A DNA stretch of 64,000 nucleotides. Source: the human T2T-CHM13v2.0 reference genome, Homo sapiens. Location of the stretch: the NCBI RefSeq assembly GCF_009914755.1, contig NC_060925.1. One strand, 5' to 3'. The notes beneath the pieces were generated by a model that worked only from the letters and a program-made list of their open reading frames with translations, ran no database searches and was not told the origin of the DNA. Of this stretch, positions 13,983 to 27,179 are shown in pieces; positions within the stretch are counted from its first letter, which is position 1, and each line of letters starts with the position of its first letter. Both the position numbers and the translations under genes were made by a program.

Positions 13983-15559
13983 GTTATAGTTCTTAACCCC
14001 AAGCTTTTTTTTTTTCCTTGGTTTTGTTTTGGTTTTATTGTTTTAAACTGAGTGCATTCACATAGGCAGGCAAGCTCCTTGGTGCCATAGCCCCTTCACC
14101 CCGTTAATTTTGTCCTATCCCCCAGCCTGGTTCCCACATGTATACAGACAACTCTGCCACAAGCCCAGCCTTCTTAGGAATTTGTGTTTATCTCAGTGGT
14201 TTCTGGTTTTCTCTTGTGTGTGAGGGCTGGAACACCTCTTATGAATGGTCCACGGCTTTCACTCCTTCCATTGATAATGTTTGCTGCGAATGTTTTGGTG
14301 AAATCTTTCAAGAACCATGGCCATCCCCCTTCTTTTAAAGCCAAAACAGCACCAGTGCCTGGCACGGGTTATGCAGACGGTTGGCATCATCCCCTGCTAG
14401 GATTTACTATTATTTGGAAATTAATGATGGCTTCGTCTTTTCAGGAGTGGGGAGGGGAGCTGTGATTGACGAAACCTCTCTTTGACCATCTGTTTCTTTC
14501 CTTCAAGGCACTGCTTTTCACAGCCTTAAAATTTGAGAGAAATTATGCTAAGTGATCACAAATTTTCTTTAAAGTTTTACTTCAAAGGAAAACAAAAGAA
14601 AGCCTTTCAAAAAGACGACTAGCTCTTTTTCTGGAGGTCAATATACCACAGATTATAAGCCAGAAAAAAAAAAAAAAGGTAAAATGAGATTTTTGCTTGG
14701 ATTTGTTTTTAATTAAGACCTAAATCATGATTCTCTTAGAATGGAATAGAAAGTGACAGTAGCTCTGAGACCTACTTGATCAATTTTGCAATATCCCAGC
14801 TGCCAGCAGGGAAATGAGAGGAGGTAGGTATATCCAGGAGAATTCCTTTATATCCAGTTGACAGCCACCAGCACCAGTGCAAGTCAGGACATCTTACTAT
14901 TTCTAACCTCCCACCTCCAGAAACAAAGCTGATTATATTTGTCTGTTCCTTCCAGTAGGAAATTTTATGAATCTTGTCCTCAAAAGCTTTCTGAAAACCC
15001 ACCTCTCCTCCTAGCCAATTCGAAGGCCTAAATGTCTTGATTTTATGCAATGCAAATACATGAAAATATAGTTTTATCCATGAAATTAAAGAGGATACCA
15101 ATGATTCACTTTACACTGGGATTCTTATAGGATTTCTTTAATTAATAAATCCCTATAATGAATTCAAAATGACATCTGTTGTTCAGGAATTAAATGTACA
15201 CTCCACTTTTCAGGAATGTGTTTATTTTACCAAGCAGGATACATACCTGTATTTAGCATCCTCTACTTGGGAAGATTTTCTTATATGTAAATTTTCTGTA
15301 TTTATTTAAAGGCTATTTTAGCATATTATTTCTTAAGTAGATATGGAAAATCATTTATGTTTTTCCAGCACTTGTATCCTTTTTCTTTTGAGAACATCAG
15401 GTACACGGGGTTGATTTCATCATGCCCCTTGGTTGCTGGCTCACTGTTCTCACTGGGTCATGCAGAGACCTTCTCTCGTGCTACTAAGACTCCCTCTTCC
15501 TCCCATCCCCTCCGGCCTAAATAGGAAACTAGAACCAAGAAATATGATGGAATATGCCA

Positions 15560-16620
15560 CTGGTGTTAGGAATGGCAATTTTACATAGGATGGCCTGTTT
15601 GTAGCACAGGCCTGAAGAGATGAAGTAGGGATTCATGGAGATGTATAGGGGAGGAGTATCCAAGACAGAGGAGGGCAAGTGCAAAGGTCTTAAGGTTAGA
15701 ATGCACCTGCCATGTTTGCAGAGTGGCACAGAGGCCAGTATGGTTGAAACAGAGCCAGTGAGGGAGAGAAGTAGAGGTTAGTTGGTTAGAAAGGTCAGAA
15801 AGGTCACTTATAGGCTGTGATAAGGACTTTGGCTTTTACTTTCAAGAAACCAGTAGAGGGTTTGAAGCCAAAGAATTATGTGATTTGACTTACTTTTAAA
15901 AGGAACATTCTGACTATGTTGGGGGGAGACTAGTCTATGTGGGAGCAGGGAAGATTAGAAGCAGGGGGTCTAGTTATGAGGCTACCTGTGGTGGCCCAGA
16001 GGACAGCTGGTAGTGGCTCAGATTAGCACAGTAGCAGTAGAAGTGTCAGGAGCCTAGGCATATTTTTAAGAACCAACACGATTTACTGATGCATCATATG
16101 TGGGACACACAAGTGTGAAGATCAAATGGGATGATGGAGGTGGCCACTTACCAAGAGTGAAGATGGTGGTCTGAGCAGATTTGGCGTGGGCTTAAGGAGT
16201 TGGGATTTGGAAATGCCAAGTTTGAGGTGCCTATTAGACATGCAAGAAGAGACATTGGAATAGGAAAATGGATATGCAAGTCTGGATTTCAATTTGGGGA
16301 ATCATCTATGTATAATTGATTTTTAAAATCATGAGATTGGATGAGATCATCAAAGATGTGAATATAAGTAGAAGAAGAAATGATCCAAGGACCCGGTCTT
16401 ACCTCACCTCACTCCGGCTTTCTTTCTTTATTTGGAGTGTACATCGTTATCTGACATGATCACATACATGAATTTGCTTATCGGTTTGTTGTCTTTCTTT
16501 CCAAACTCAAGGCAAGATTATGCCAGTGGGGGCTGTGTTGGTTTTATGCACTGCTTTACTCAGCACCACAACCATGTCTGAAATAAGGTGTAGTCAATAA
16601 ATATTTTTTAAATTAAAGAA
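15560..16620. mobile_element. L2 LINE (minus 15560-16390; plus 3' end 16400-16620)
   Basis: GATAAGGACTTTGGCTTTTAC, CAAGTTTGAGGTGCCTATTAGACAT and GTCAATAAATATTT L2 motifs. Confidence 0.75.
15792..15806 (+). promoter_or_regulatory. Perfect DR3 nuclear-receptor element (VDR/RXR type)
   Basis: AGGTCA-GAA-AGGTCA; motif match only. Confidence 0.4.
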
Positions 16621-18812
16621 TTTAAAAATCTGCAGATAACCCCCAACTCAGCTTAATTGACAATCTCAACCTTCTTACTCTACAGCTTCCAATAAATGCT
16701 TATGGGACTTGAAAAATAAGTAGCAAAATATATGATTTTTCATTTACTTTCCTAATCCTTTCCTAGAAGGACATGAAAATAGTAGAATTATCTAAACACA
16801 ATAAAGGGGAGAAAGAGGAGGAGGTGCTAAAGACATATTTTTCAAGAACCAACAAGATTTACTGATGGATTGTATATGAGATGTAAAAGAGCATGAAAAA
16901 CAAATAGAATAGAGGTAGCCACTTACCAAGAGAATGAAGACTGTGGTACAAGATGATTTGGATAGTGGAGCTGGGGAGTTGACTTAATTTAGTCTGTGAG
17001 CACAACTGCAAGTGCATTGTGCCCAAGGCCGTGTGCTGAGCACAAGGAATGCAGAGTAGAAGACACAGCCCCTATCCTCAAGAACTTATGGTTGGGAAGG
17101 AATGATAGAAAACACAGGTAAGGTGATAAATTGTGCTGAGGTTGGAAAAGCTTAGTAAATCAAATGAAAAATTAAAAATAGCTTTAGGCTATGCAACATT
17201 TAGGTATGCAGAAAGACATGCCTGCATTTCTTTCATAAAGCTTTTTGGTAATCTCATGTTTCTAACTTAAGTGTTCTTGGAGTAATGTGTACATTAAGCA
17301 TTTATCAAAAAAGTCATTTCTCACGTGGGGAGCTATGAAATTGACAAAGTTTGGATTTGAAGTGACAAAGCCCTTCAGGAAATTCTTCTAATAATTTTCT
17401 GTGTTTGACACCAATTCATTAGATAAGTATGATGTAGAAGGAATGAGAGCTGTGTGATTGTCATTACAGGTTATTCATTTTTTAGGCTGTGTCAGGAGAG
17501 TCCCCAGAGTGTGGCTTGTAGGATTTATTTAACCAAAATGATTGTATCATTGATCACCAAATTCCTTCCTGATGAACAGACTTGGAAGGAATGTGGGAAG
17601 GGCCTGCTGCTCTAGACCTTAGTCCCACCAGTGCTTACATATTCCCATTTATCCTAACAACTGGGGATTCAAAGGTCTACTAATATTCTGAGGCCAAAGC
17701 TGGGTAGTATTAGAGGGAATTTTGATATTTCATTTAAGTTGCAGTTGAATAGCCTTAACTTTCTGCACAACGATTGGTTCTTTTTGGTGAAGGTTTCCTT
17801 TTTGAAATGAAGAAAACTGCTATAGGTCTGGCGCTTTGGCTTTATAAAGGTACTGTTGTCTTTGCTTTTCAGGTAAAGAAACTGAAGCCTACAGAAAAGC
17901 TTATTCAAGCCCATGCAAATAATAATTGGTGAGGGTGGATTTGAACCCAGGTCTGATAGGCTCTAATCTATGTAAACCATATTATTCTGGCTCTCTCAAG
18001 GCTTGTGCTATAGAATCCAAGAACTAGAGATGAACTGAGAGGTCAGGGAGGCTAAGCTTCTCATTAATGTTCATCCAACTTCTACAGGAATAATGTCTTT
18101 AATTATATTTCTTTTTTCCCAGCTAAAACATACTATATTTCAATTTGTATTACTATATCAATAACATACAAAAATATAAATATCTTGGAATATTGTGGCA
18201 GTGGCAGAAGAAGTTTTAAATATCCTCAATTTTTTTAAAAAATAGAGCAAAAAGATAGCAAAACCAAAACACATGAATGTCATTAACAAATTAAATTGAC
18301 AAAAATATGATTTTGGGGAGACAAATCATTAATAGCAACAAGGGCCCACATTATATCAGCCATAATTTAGCAGGAGGAAGCTAAGGGGAGAAACAAAGCA
18401 GTTGACATGCCTCAGGATCCCCAAATGTCCAACATGTACTCAATGGAAAGTAGCCAAAACTGGGAGAGGCTTTGTGTACTCTACTAGCAGGTGAATAAAA
18501 AGAGTTAACAGTAAGATCTAAAGGAGTGGAATGGTCTGGGTTTCTTGAACATTTGAAACTTCCTTCCAGGGTAGTCACTCACTGAGGACAAACTGTTGAG
18601 AGCAGGACCCAAACTGAGCAGTATAAAGACAAGGGAAAGAGAAGGTAAAGATAAAAGTGGAAGAAGTGCCTAGAGGTAAGAGATCTCAGAGAACAAGCTG
18701 CTGTATGTTTTGAAAACTGCATGAAAACAAAAGGAGAAGGTGCTGTAAAGCCTAAAGTTGGAAAAGTTAGTAAAACTATACTGAACTATATCCCGATTAA
18801 AAGTTGAAAAGA

Positions 18813-19103
18813 TGCTGAGCGTGTTGGCTCATACCTGTAATCCCAGCACTTTGGGAGGCTGAGGCAGGTGGATGACCTGTCAGGATTTCAAGAACAGCCT
18901 GGTCAACATGGCAAAACCCCGTCTCTACTAAAAATACAAAAGATTAGCTGGGAGTGGTGGTGGGAGCCTGTAATCCCAGCTACTCAGGAGGCTGAGGCTG
19001 GAGAATTGCTTGAACCCAGGAGGCGGAGGCTTCAGTGAGCTGAGATCTCACCATTGCACTACAGCCTAGGTGACAAGAGTGGAACTCTGTCTCAAAAAAT
19101 AAA
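18813..19103 (+). mobile_element. AluS SINE
   Basis: Full Alu; TSD AAAAGTT(G/T)AAAAGA at 18799-18812 and 19104-19117. Confidence 0.95.
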
Positions 19104-19159
19104 AAAAGTTTAAAAGAGCAAATTTTACATAGAAATGGGCAACAGGAAAAGATCACAGT

Positions 19160-19479
19160 TGCTACGGTTTGAGTATTTGTCACTTCCAAAACTTGTGTTG
19201 AAACTAATTGCCATTATAACAATATTAAGTAGTAGGACCTTTAATAAATAACTCAATTTAAGGGGGACTATGCTCTTATAAAAGGGAAAGTTCAGCCTCC
19301 TTTCCCTCTCTCTTTGCTCTTCTACCATGTCAAGATGCAGCAAGAAGACTCTTGCCAGATGCTGACAACTTGATATTGGACTTTCCAGCCTTCAGAACTG
19401 TGGGCCAATAAATTTTTCTTCATTATAAATTATCCAGTCTGTGGTATTCTGTAACAGCAACACAAAATGTACTAAGACA
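19160..19479 (+). mobile_element. MST-type MaLR solo LTR
   Basis: TGCTACGGTTTGAG...GACTTTCCAGCCTTCAGAACTGTG...AATAAATTT...ACTAAGACA. Confidence 0.8.
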
Positions 19480-21749
19480 TAGGTATAATCTTATTTAAAA
19501 AATAATAAAGAGTAAAATAGCTTCACAAAAAATTTAAAAATGCTACTAATACAGGCCCATCCCCCTTCAAATAAAAACTACAACCCACTATTTCTAACAA
19601 GCTAAAAAAAAAACCTAAGAAAATGTCACATGATGTGGAAAAATACATAATTCCAAATTAGGAAGATTTATAAATGAAGTTATATCACTCAGAAAGGATA
19701 AAAATGGAAATTTTTTTAAGGATTTGAGGGAAAGTGACAAATTTAGAAGGCAGTCAAAGGAGATCCAACATACGTATAATAAGGGCTCCAAAGAAAATCA
19801 AAATGAGGGAACAAAAAAATACCCAAAACTATAATTTCAAAAGTTTCCCAAAACAATTGTTTAAATTACATATTGAAATTACACACCACATAACTAAGGA
19901 AACTGACCCAAAATAACCAACACTGAGAGAAAGTTAATAAAACTATTAGACTTTGAAGAAAAACAAAAATTTAGGCATCCAGGCAAAAAGATCAAATCAC
20001 TTATAATAGACAATATCAGGCTTTCAGTAGACTTTCCTACAACATTGCTTTATACTGTAAGGAAATAGAATAATATATTTAAGATAATTAAGGAAAGATG
20101 TGTGAGCTAAAAATTTTATATCCAACTAAATTGACATTCACATGAAGGGCTCAGGCAAACTCAATGACTTGGAGAATATTTTTCCCATGAGCTTTTTCTG
20201 AGGAATTTAGTGAGAGTAAATTCCAATAAACCAAATTAACTAGAGAGTTATTAACATACAGCTTGATACTGAGTGCTATATATATTTATAGTAGAAGAAT
20301 TGCTAATGCTGAGTCTGTTTCATATATAATGAAATAAATCACATGGGCAATTATGTGATTTTCTAATTCTTGAATCCCCTGTGTTCTCTAGAATCAGTAT
20401 TCTGGCATGGAAGAAAGTAAATATAAATGCCAGGTAGAAAAGGTCAAGTAAAAATCCTGTGGTACTGAATTTAAATTGGAAGTATCATACATTGTGAGTT
20501 CATACTCGTGTACTGAAAAGGCTTAGAAAGAGAAAGCAACCCAATAGCAATGACATCTCTAGGACCCAGATTATGATCTTGAAATACTATTTCCCACTAA
20601 AAGAAAACAGCTATTCTTGGGAAATTAGAGGATTCTAGGTCTGGGCAGAATTTGTACAAGATGAGCCTAGGAGATTGTGTCATACACATACCTCGTTAGC
20701 AAGGAAGCTAGAAAACTATTAGGATTATGTCAAAAGGACAAAGGAACTAATGATTTTCCCACTGGACAAAGATCAGACAATTTATGTTCAGTAAGGATAA
20801 TATTTTCGGTGAACTGAAGCTCAATAAATATGTTTAAATTTATGAATTCATAAGGATAGAAAATAATTTGTCATTTTTGAAAATAATAACCACTTATTTT
20901 TTAAACTGGTAAATAATGAGGGCAAAAAATAATCTGTCTTTTCTATATGAGTTTCATCCCTGATAACCAAGCAGTAGATGAGTGAATTTTATCTTTATAG
21001 AATTATTTCAACTAATAACTAAATGAAGAATGATTAAATTAGAATATTACTATTTTGCAACTCAGATAAATTAATAGATCTAGGCATTGTACATCATTTG
21101 CTGTTATCATAAGTAAAGACACAACCGTACATCACATGGCTGTGATAGAAGAATACAATACTATTAATATCTCTATAGTTGTCTTGCCAAAAATTAAACC
21201 CAATGATCAATCCAGTAGATCCACAGAGATGCAATCAGCAAAATCCAGATAGTAAGAAACTCTATAGGACACACTTGTTTTCTTCAACAAATAAATTACA
21301 TGAGAAACAAATGTGGAGAGACCAAAGGGTAACCTGTAGACTAATAGAGACATAAAAATAACAGGGGAAATGAAATATAGGGATGTATAATCAGGTGATA
21401 AAACTGTAAAGGAAAGCTCAGAAGCGATTGCCATAAAAGTGAGGACAAAGATTACTTTTGAGGGTGTAGGGAAGGGAATTGTTGTTAAAATGATTGTATA
21501 GAGGGTTTATGAGGTGTCTGGCAGATTTCTTTGTCTTGATTTGGGTCATGGTTACAAAGTGTTGACCTTATAATAGTTTATTAAACTAAGCATTTATTTA
21601 ATGCAGTTTTTTGTATCTGTATTATTTTACAACTAATAAGCTTTTTAAAACATATATAATGTACCTTTTTATTAATTTCTCCAATAGGTTTCATGCAAAA
21701 TAAAACTCACACCACATTGGACAGGCAGACCTGTAAACAAGTAGGTCTT

Positions 21750-22600
21750 CATTAATTCATTCTACAAATATTTCATGAATAACCAACTCTTTTGGGTAGG
21801 CATTGGAGGAGCACTGCACCTAAAATAAGAAAATTGTAGTATGAAGCAAAATATGATAGGTGCTATATGGACAAAGTATTATGATAGTATAGAGAAATGG
21901 AAATTTATTTCTGTCTGGGAGATTAGCAAAAACTTACCAGGGCAATAACATTTCAGTTGAATCTTCTAAGATGTGTAATATGTGCTCTTACTTTAAAAAC
22001 CATCAATTCACATTAAAGGAATATTTAGAACCCACTGCCTCAATAACTACTCATCCTTAATCCATATGTTCTAGTTTGCATCACTCAACATGACTGAAAC
22101 CCACTGTCTGAAGGCCATTGATCATCTCTTAGCAACATTTCTTCAGTCGTTGTCCGCATAAACTCTGCCCAATTCATTATTGTTGAGTATTGCCTTCTAG
22201 AAATTATTTTCTTCCTTTTCTTCTGAACAACCAGGGTGTCCTGATCTCCCTCCTGCCTTCCAACTGTCCCTTTGGTGTCTTTTGGCTGCTTTTATCACCT
22301 CTTTGGTCATGCCTTCTGTGCTCTCTGTGTTCTCCTGCCTTGGCATTACCTGAAGTCATATGCAGTTAACATGGAAGTATCTACGACACTCTTGCCTGTA
22401 GGAGCTCCAGACATGTATTTCTGACTCTCTGCTCATCATTTCTTTCTGTATGTCCATCTGTCACCACAAAATTGATATGCCCAAAATTGGACCCATTTTC
22501 TTCTTCCAACCAAATCCTTCTCGTGACCTTGCCAACCCAATTAATAGCTTCTCCGCTTCCTGGTCCTGACTTAGAATCTTTGAGTCATCCCTAACTACCC
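21750..22600. mobile_element. L2 fragments
   Basis: CATT-type tail antisense block, then pyrimidine-rich L2 body (CTCCAGACATGTATTTCTGACTCTCTG). Confidence 0.55.
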
Positions 22601-25600
22601 TGTGGATGTGTTTGTTGTCTTAAACTTGGACAGCTTCTATTTCTCTGTGTCGAGAGGACTTACATGCTCTTTGGAACTTTTCCTGTGTGCAAGGCTTTGA
22701 ATGGACTTCATCCAAACCCAGTGATAAGGTTCCCTGTGATAGCTTAATTGGCAGGGTCTACCCTCATTCCCTGGTGGATCACACCATGTCTGCATCTGAT
22801 TTGGTGATAGCACATTCAGGCTCCAGACCAGTACCAGGCACTTTATACTGCTAGCTTAGGTTATGAATATTAGAATTAATGCAGCCGTCAACACTATCTT
22901 ACTAGCTTAACATGAACAAAGTACAAATGCTTCTTCTGTGGAGGGAGGAGCTCTCAAGCATAGATAGTCCCACATTTATCCTCCAGGGCTTTTATTCCCA
23001 ACCATACTTATACTTGTCAGGTTATTTTTTTCTGCTGAGGAAATGGCCTTAATTTACATTGATTTTTAAGAAAAAAGATTTATTACAGGCACAGCATCTG
23101 CTGTTTGTGCCTAGAGGTAAAGGTTTAGGTTGAAGCAGCTTCCTCCGCTTATCCATCTGCTTGTTCATCCCACAAGCATTACTGAAAGCTGACTTTGATG
23201 CGGGATGCTGGCTAATCAGGTAGGTTGTGTAGTTCCTGCCCCCAAGGAGTTCACTGTCTAGGTCATAGTTACACTAACTCTGTCATCTTGCTTAGTGTTT
23301 ATTAGCCCTGAGGATGTAATCACTCATTCCTTCACTAATTCACTTCCTTTTAATCTCTTCCTCTTTCATATCCTTAGTTACCATCCCTTTGTGGATGATT
23401 TTCAATATGTTTTAGACTCAGTGCTTGACCTTCACAACTATATTCGAAAGGTAAGTATTGAATTCTAAATATAATATAAGCATTGTGCTAGAGGTTTAGA
23501 ATACACTAAGAAACCAACAGCATGGTCCCTGCCCCTGGAGTCTTCTGTTAACATTATACAGGTTTCCATACTATCCTCACCCTCTAGAAATTTATGTCTT
23601 AAAATCATGATGTTTGCAATCACGATCCATGTAGATTGTTTTCTTTGTCTTTTTCTTTCTACATAGATAAGTTGCCTCCGAGAAGGGAAATAATAAGTTG
23701 CATTAAAACTCCTTAAAAAGAGGAGCTTGAGGTGTGATTTCTGTAGGAAAATCACTGCAGAGCTTGCCAGCTAGAATTATTTTCTGGCTTATTATAATCC
23801 TGTTACGAGTCACCATTATTGCACCAATTTTGTAAACAATACAGCTATACCAACAAGGCTATAATCAACCACCACTGAATGTCATATCATTTATCTACCT
23901 TTAAAGATCTGCAGGAAAAGGGGATGAGGTGGGAAGAAGACAAGAATTTTTTAAGTGATATGGATAATCAAGAATGCCTTTTAAAAAAATACCTCTTAAA
24001 TATATGCCCATGTCCCCTTAAATCTGATGGTGAAACATCTCATTTTAGTTGATGTATGACAAGGAAGCAATCACCGTTAATCAGAATGACACATTTCCAT
24101 TTACTTGATGAAAGGGAAGGTAGATGAAGGTCATGAATAAGAAAACAAAGCAGCTTGTGATTCGTGATGTTTGGGGTTTCTTTTGAAATTTGCTTCCTTA
24201 GGAAGTTTATAAGCTGGTTGCTTTCTTCTCTTGGCATCATTCATCCAAATTGCCAGAAGTCCTTGTCAGTGAAGATGGAAATATTTCATCTTCTCTCCTG
24301 AATAGAGAAATAGGTTAATTTGCTCCGGATTCTTTGACAAATTTGGGTTTTAAAGGTGTAAAATCTCAGAAGTTCTGACTCCAGATAGCTCTTTAAAAGT
24401 TACCAATTCCATTCTCTGGGTGATAAGATTATTCGTGGGGGATTAACCGTCCAGCTGGTCACGGCCATGCCCGTGGGGAACTGTGGGGGGAAATGGGCCA
24501 GAGGCTTAGTGATTTTATTAGAAGCAGAAATCAAGAGCCTCTTTCCACTCTCCCCTCTCTTGTATTATAAGACACTTAACCATTTAAATGCTGGCAATAA
24601 CTAAGTGCTGGTTAAAGCTTCGCTTTTCTTGGATACCACTTTTTATAAAGGAGTCTATGTTTCTGCTTTTGTTCTGTGGTTGGAGAAGAGGAGTGGCTGT
24701 AATTTATGGTGCAAGCCTAGCTTTGGGGCCATTAGATCTGAATTTATGCCTAAACATTTTTAGAAACTTCCAGAAGTCACTATGAGACCCCATTGGGCTG
24801 TAGAATATTATCAGTGGGCTGTTATAATCTCCATACCAAAAATTAAAATATAATTTGTGAAATACAGAGGAAATTTTGGCATTTGGGGATTCAGCACAGA
24901 TCTCCCAAGAGGGATGAATGTAAGGCTATTTATTTCAAAATCTAAGGATGACGTTCTTTCACTACCAGAGTTGGTCTTTGAATCTACAAAGGTCATGATG
25001 TCCCAGTATTTTGAATCTGCAAATATTATGATGAATAGGTATCTCAGGATAATTTTAAAACTTAGTATTTATCATGCTCAAAGCCTTTTGTAACTATCAT
25101 TATTATTATGGTCATCATCATCAACATCTTCATCATCATTATTTTAAATAGATAGGTTTAAATAAATAATTATTAAGCTATAGTAGGAGACTATAAAAAT
25201 ATAAAGAGAACTCTAAAGGTACTCTAGGGCTGAGGGAGCTTACCCAAGGAGAGGCAGACATGGAAGGTGCATCCCTCTTCAAAAGTTGGGTTCAGACTTT
25301 TTTGGAGCCAGTGTGGTTGCAGCTGTTGGATGGTGGAAGAGCTCTCTGGATTGCCCAGGGAAGAGGTGGTCCACAGTCACAGGACAAAGCAAGAAACACC
25401 TTTTGGGGCACTGAACACCTGTTATCTTGCTGAAACAAAGATGGCAGCCTGAAATGGTTGTTAGCATCAAGTTCTTTTGAAAATGCTTATTTTCCTAAAC
25501 TTTGCAAAAATCCAGCTATAGTAGGCTTTTTCCTGGCACAGGCTGTGATCCCAGTGCCAATGCCTAAGGAACTTATGTGCTGTCTATTTTGGGTCTGTGT

Positions 25601-27179
25601 AAAGCCAAGCTGTACAAACCCTGTCATCAGCAAGCCACTTAAGAGAGACCCCACTTTGTGCCATTTTATACTGGCTCACCCATAATGTACATTTCCTGCC
25701 CATGCTCCTTTTGGTGTGACAGAACTCCATAATCTATCATTATAATTTTCTCTTTGTGTCTTCTTCTTCCTTATGTTCTTTAGTCAGTCTTTTTAAAGCT
25801 CTCCCAAATTTCTATTGTTTTTGCAAATATTAGGCCAAATTTGACAAGAAATCCTGCATAAATTACAGTTAAGCTTCTTTAAACTGAATTTTCAGATGAT
25901 ACAAGACTCTCGACGATGAAACTGATACGAAAGGAGAAACACTGGATTAATTAAGAGTATTTGCACATGAGGGAAACCTCATCTATCTGGCTTGATTTGT
26001 CCACCCTGGGTCCAATCTGCTATGGTCAGAGGGGCAGTGGCATGTTTGTTACAGACAAAGCAGTTGGGAGTCCACATTGATGGGCAAAGGAGGTGATCAG
26101 CAAGGGCTAGGAAGACATCCCCAAAAGTATCTTCAACAAACACGAAGGGAGAACCATCCACCATTTAGAGTTCACGATCGTCAGGGCACAGGGCACTAGC
26201 TTCCTAAAATAAGACCTACAGTCTTTTTAATTTTTAGCAAGCTGGACCTTTCAACAATATACTTCCATGGAGAGAAATTTTTTAAAAACTTCAGGGGTGA
26301 ACAACTGCCAAAAAGGAATGTCTCATACCCAACTGTCATTGATTTTTATGTGAAAGTCAGTAGTTATTTCGGTGTAATGCCCAGGATGCACATGAGAAGC
26401 TCAGATTTCATAAAGGCCAAAGGGGCAGGGTCTAGTCAAGGGCAAATGAAAGCCTGGAACCAGTGGGAAGAAGGACCAACGAAAGCAAAGCATAAGGAGT
26501 AGAACATGTCAGGAACAACCAAAGAGAAATATTCTTTGGATTTTAAAGGTTGTACCGAAGCTGACAATGAAGAGTAGAACATACTAAGATAAACTAAAAG
26601 AAATGTTATTTGGTGTTTAATGATTATATCAAGAGCAAAAAGACAAAAAAAGGAAGAGGATACCACCTCTTGGATCTGGGTGATGCCAACAGATGCCAGA
26701 GAAAACTTCAGTTTTGCTTAATCTCTTTGGGCTTCCATTTTCTCTTTCAAGGAAAAAGAAGAGCCCATACAGGTTAGTACTAAACTGGATGACCTAGTCA
26801 AGCCTCCTTAGTTTGAAAGAAGCTACCAGCTAAGAAATGACATAGTAGGGGATGGCTGTAGGGATGCCTCAAGAATCTCAGACAGCCAGGGTAATCAGAA
26901 AGATGTTAACAAAATAATTGTCCTCTCCAGGTCTCAGGGAAAAAATGCCTAGCTCGGTGGTTTTGGCATGTTGGACTCAACTCTTCCTTTTCATAATAAA
27001 TATTTTGTAACATCCGTTTGCTCCCTTAAAATAAACTTCATAGATAATATAACCTACTTAAACATTTAATTTCAAAGCAAAGTGAATATATTACCCAAAC
27101 TGAAATATAAAGGAGGCTTACAGAGAAAGTAATTTATCTAAAACAGAAAGTAAGCTGTAGTTTAATTAATAAATGTTCA

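Larger units (their letters stand above)
18200..21650 (+). mobile_element. Fragmented ancient L1M (ORF1 remnant plus 3' region), interrupted by Alu and MST LTR
   Basis: ORF 19734-19916 contains QRRSNIRIIRAP, similar to the L1 ORF1p RRxNIRIIG motif; L1M-like 3' UTR at 20370-21650. Confidence 0.6.

Noticed and set aside
25890-26215. Possible exon with acceptor-like sites on either strand
   Set aside because: No convincing paired donor or recognisable ORF; cannot be supported without transcript data.
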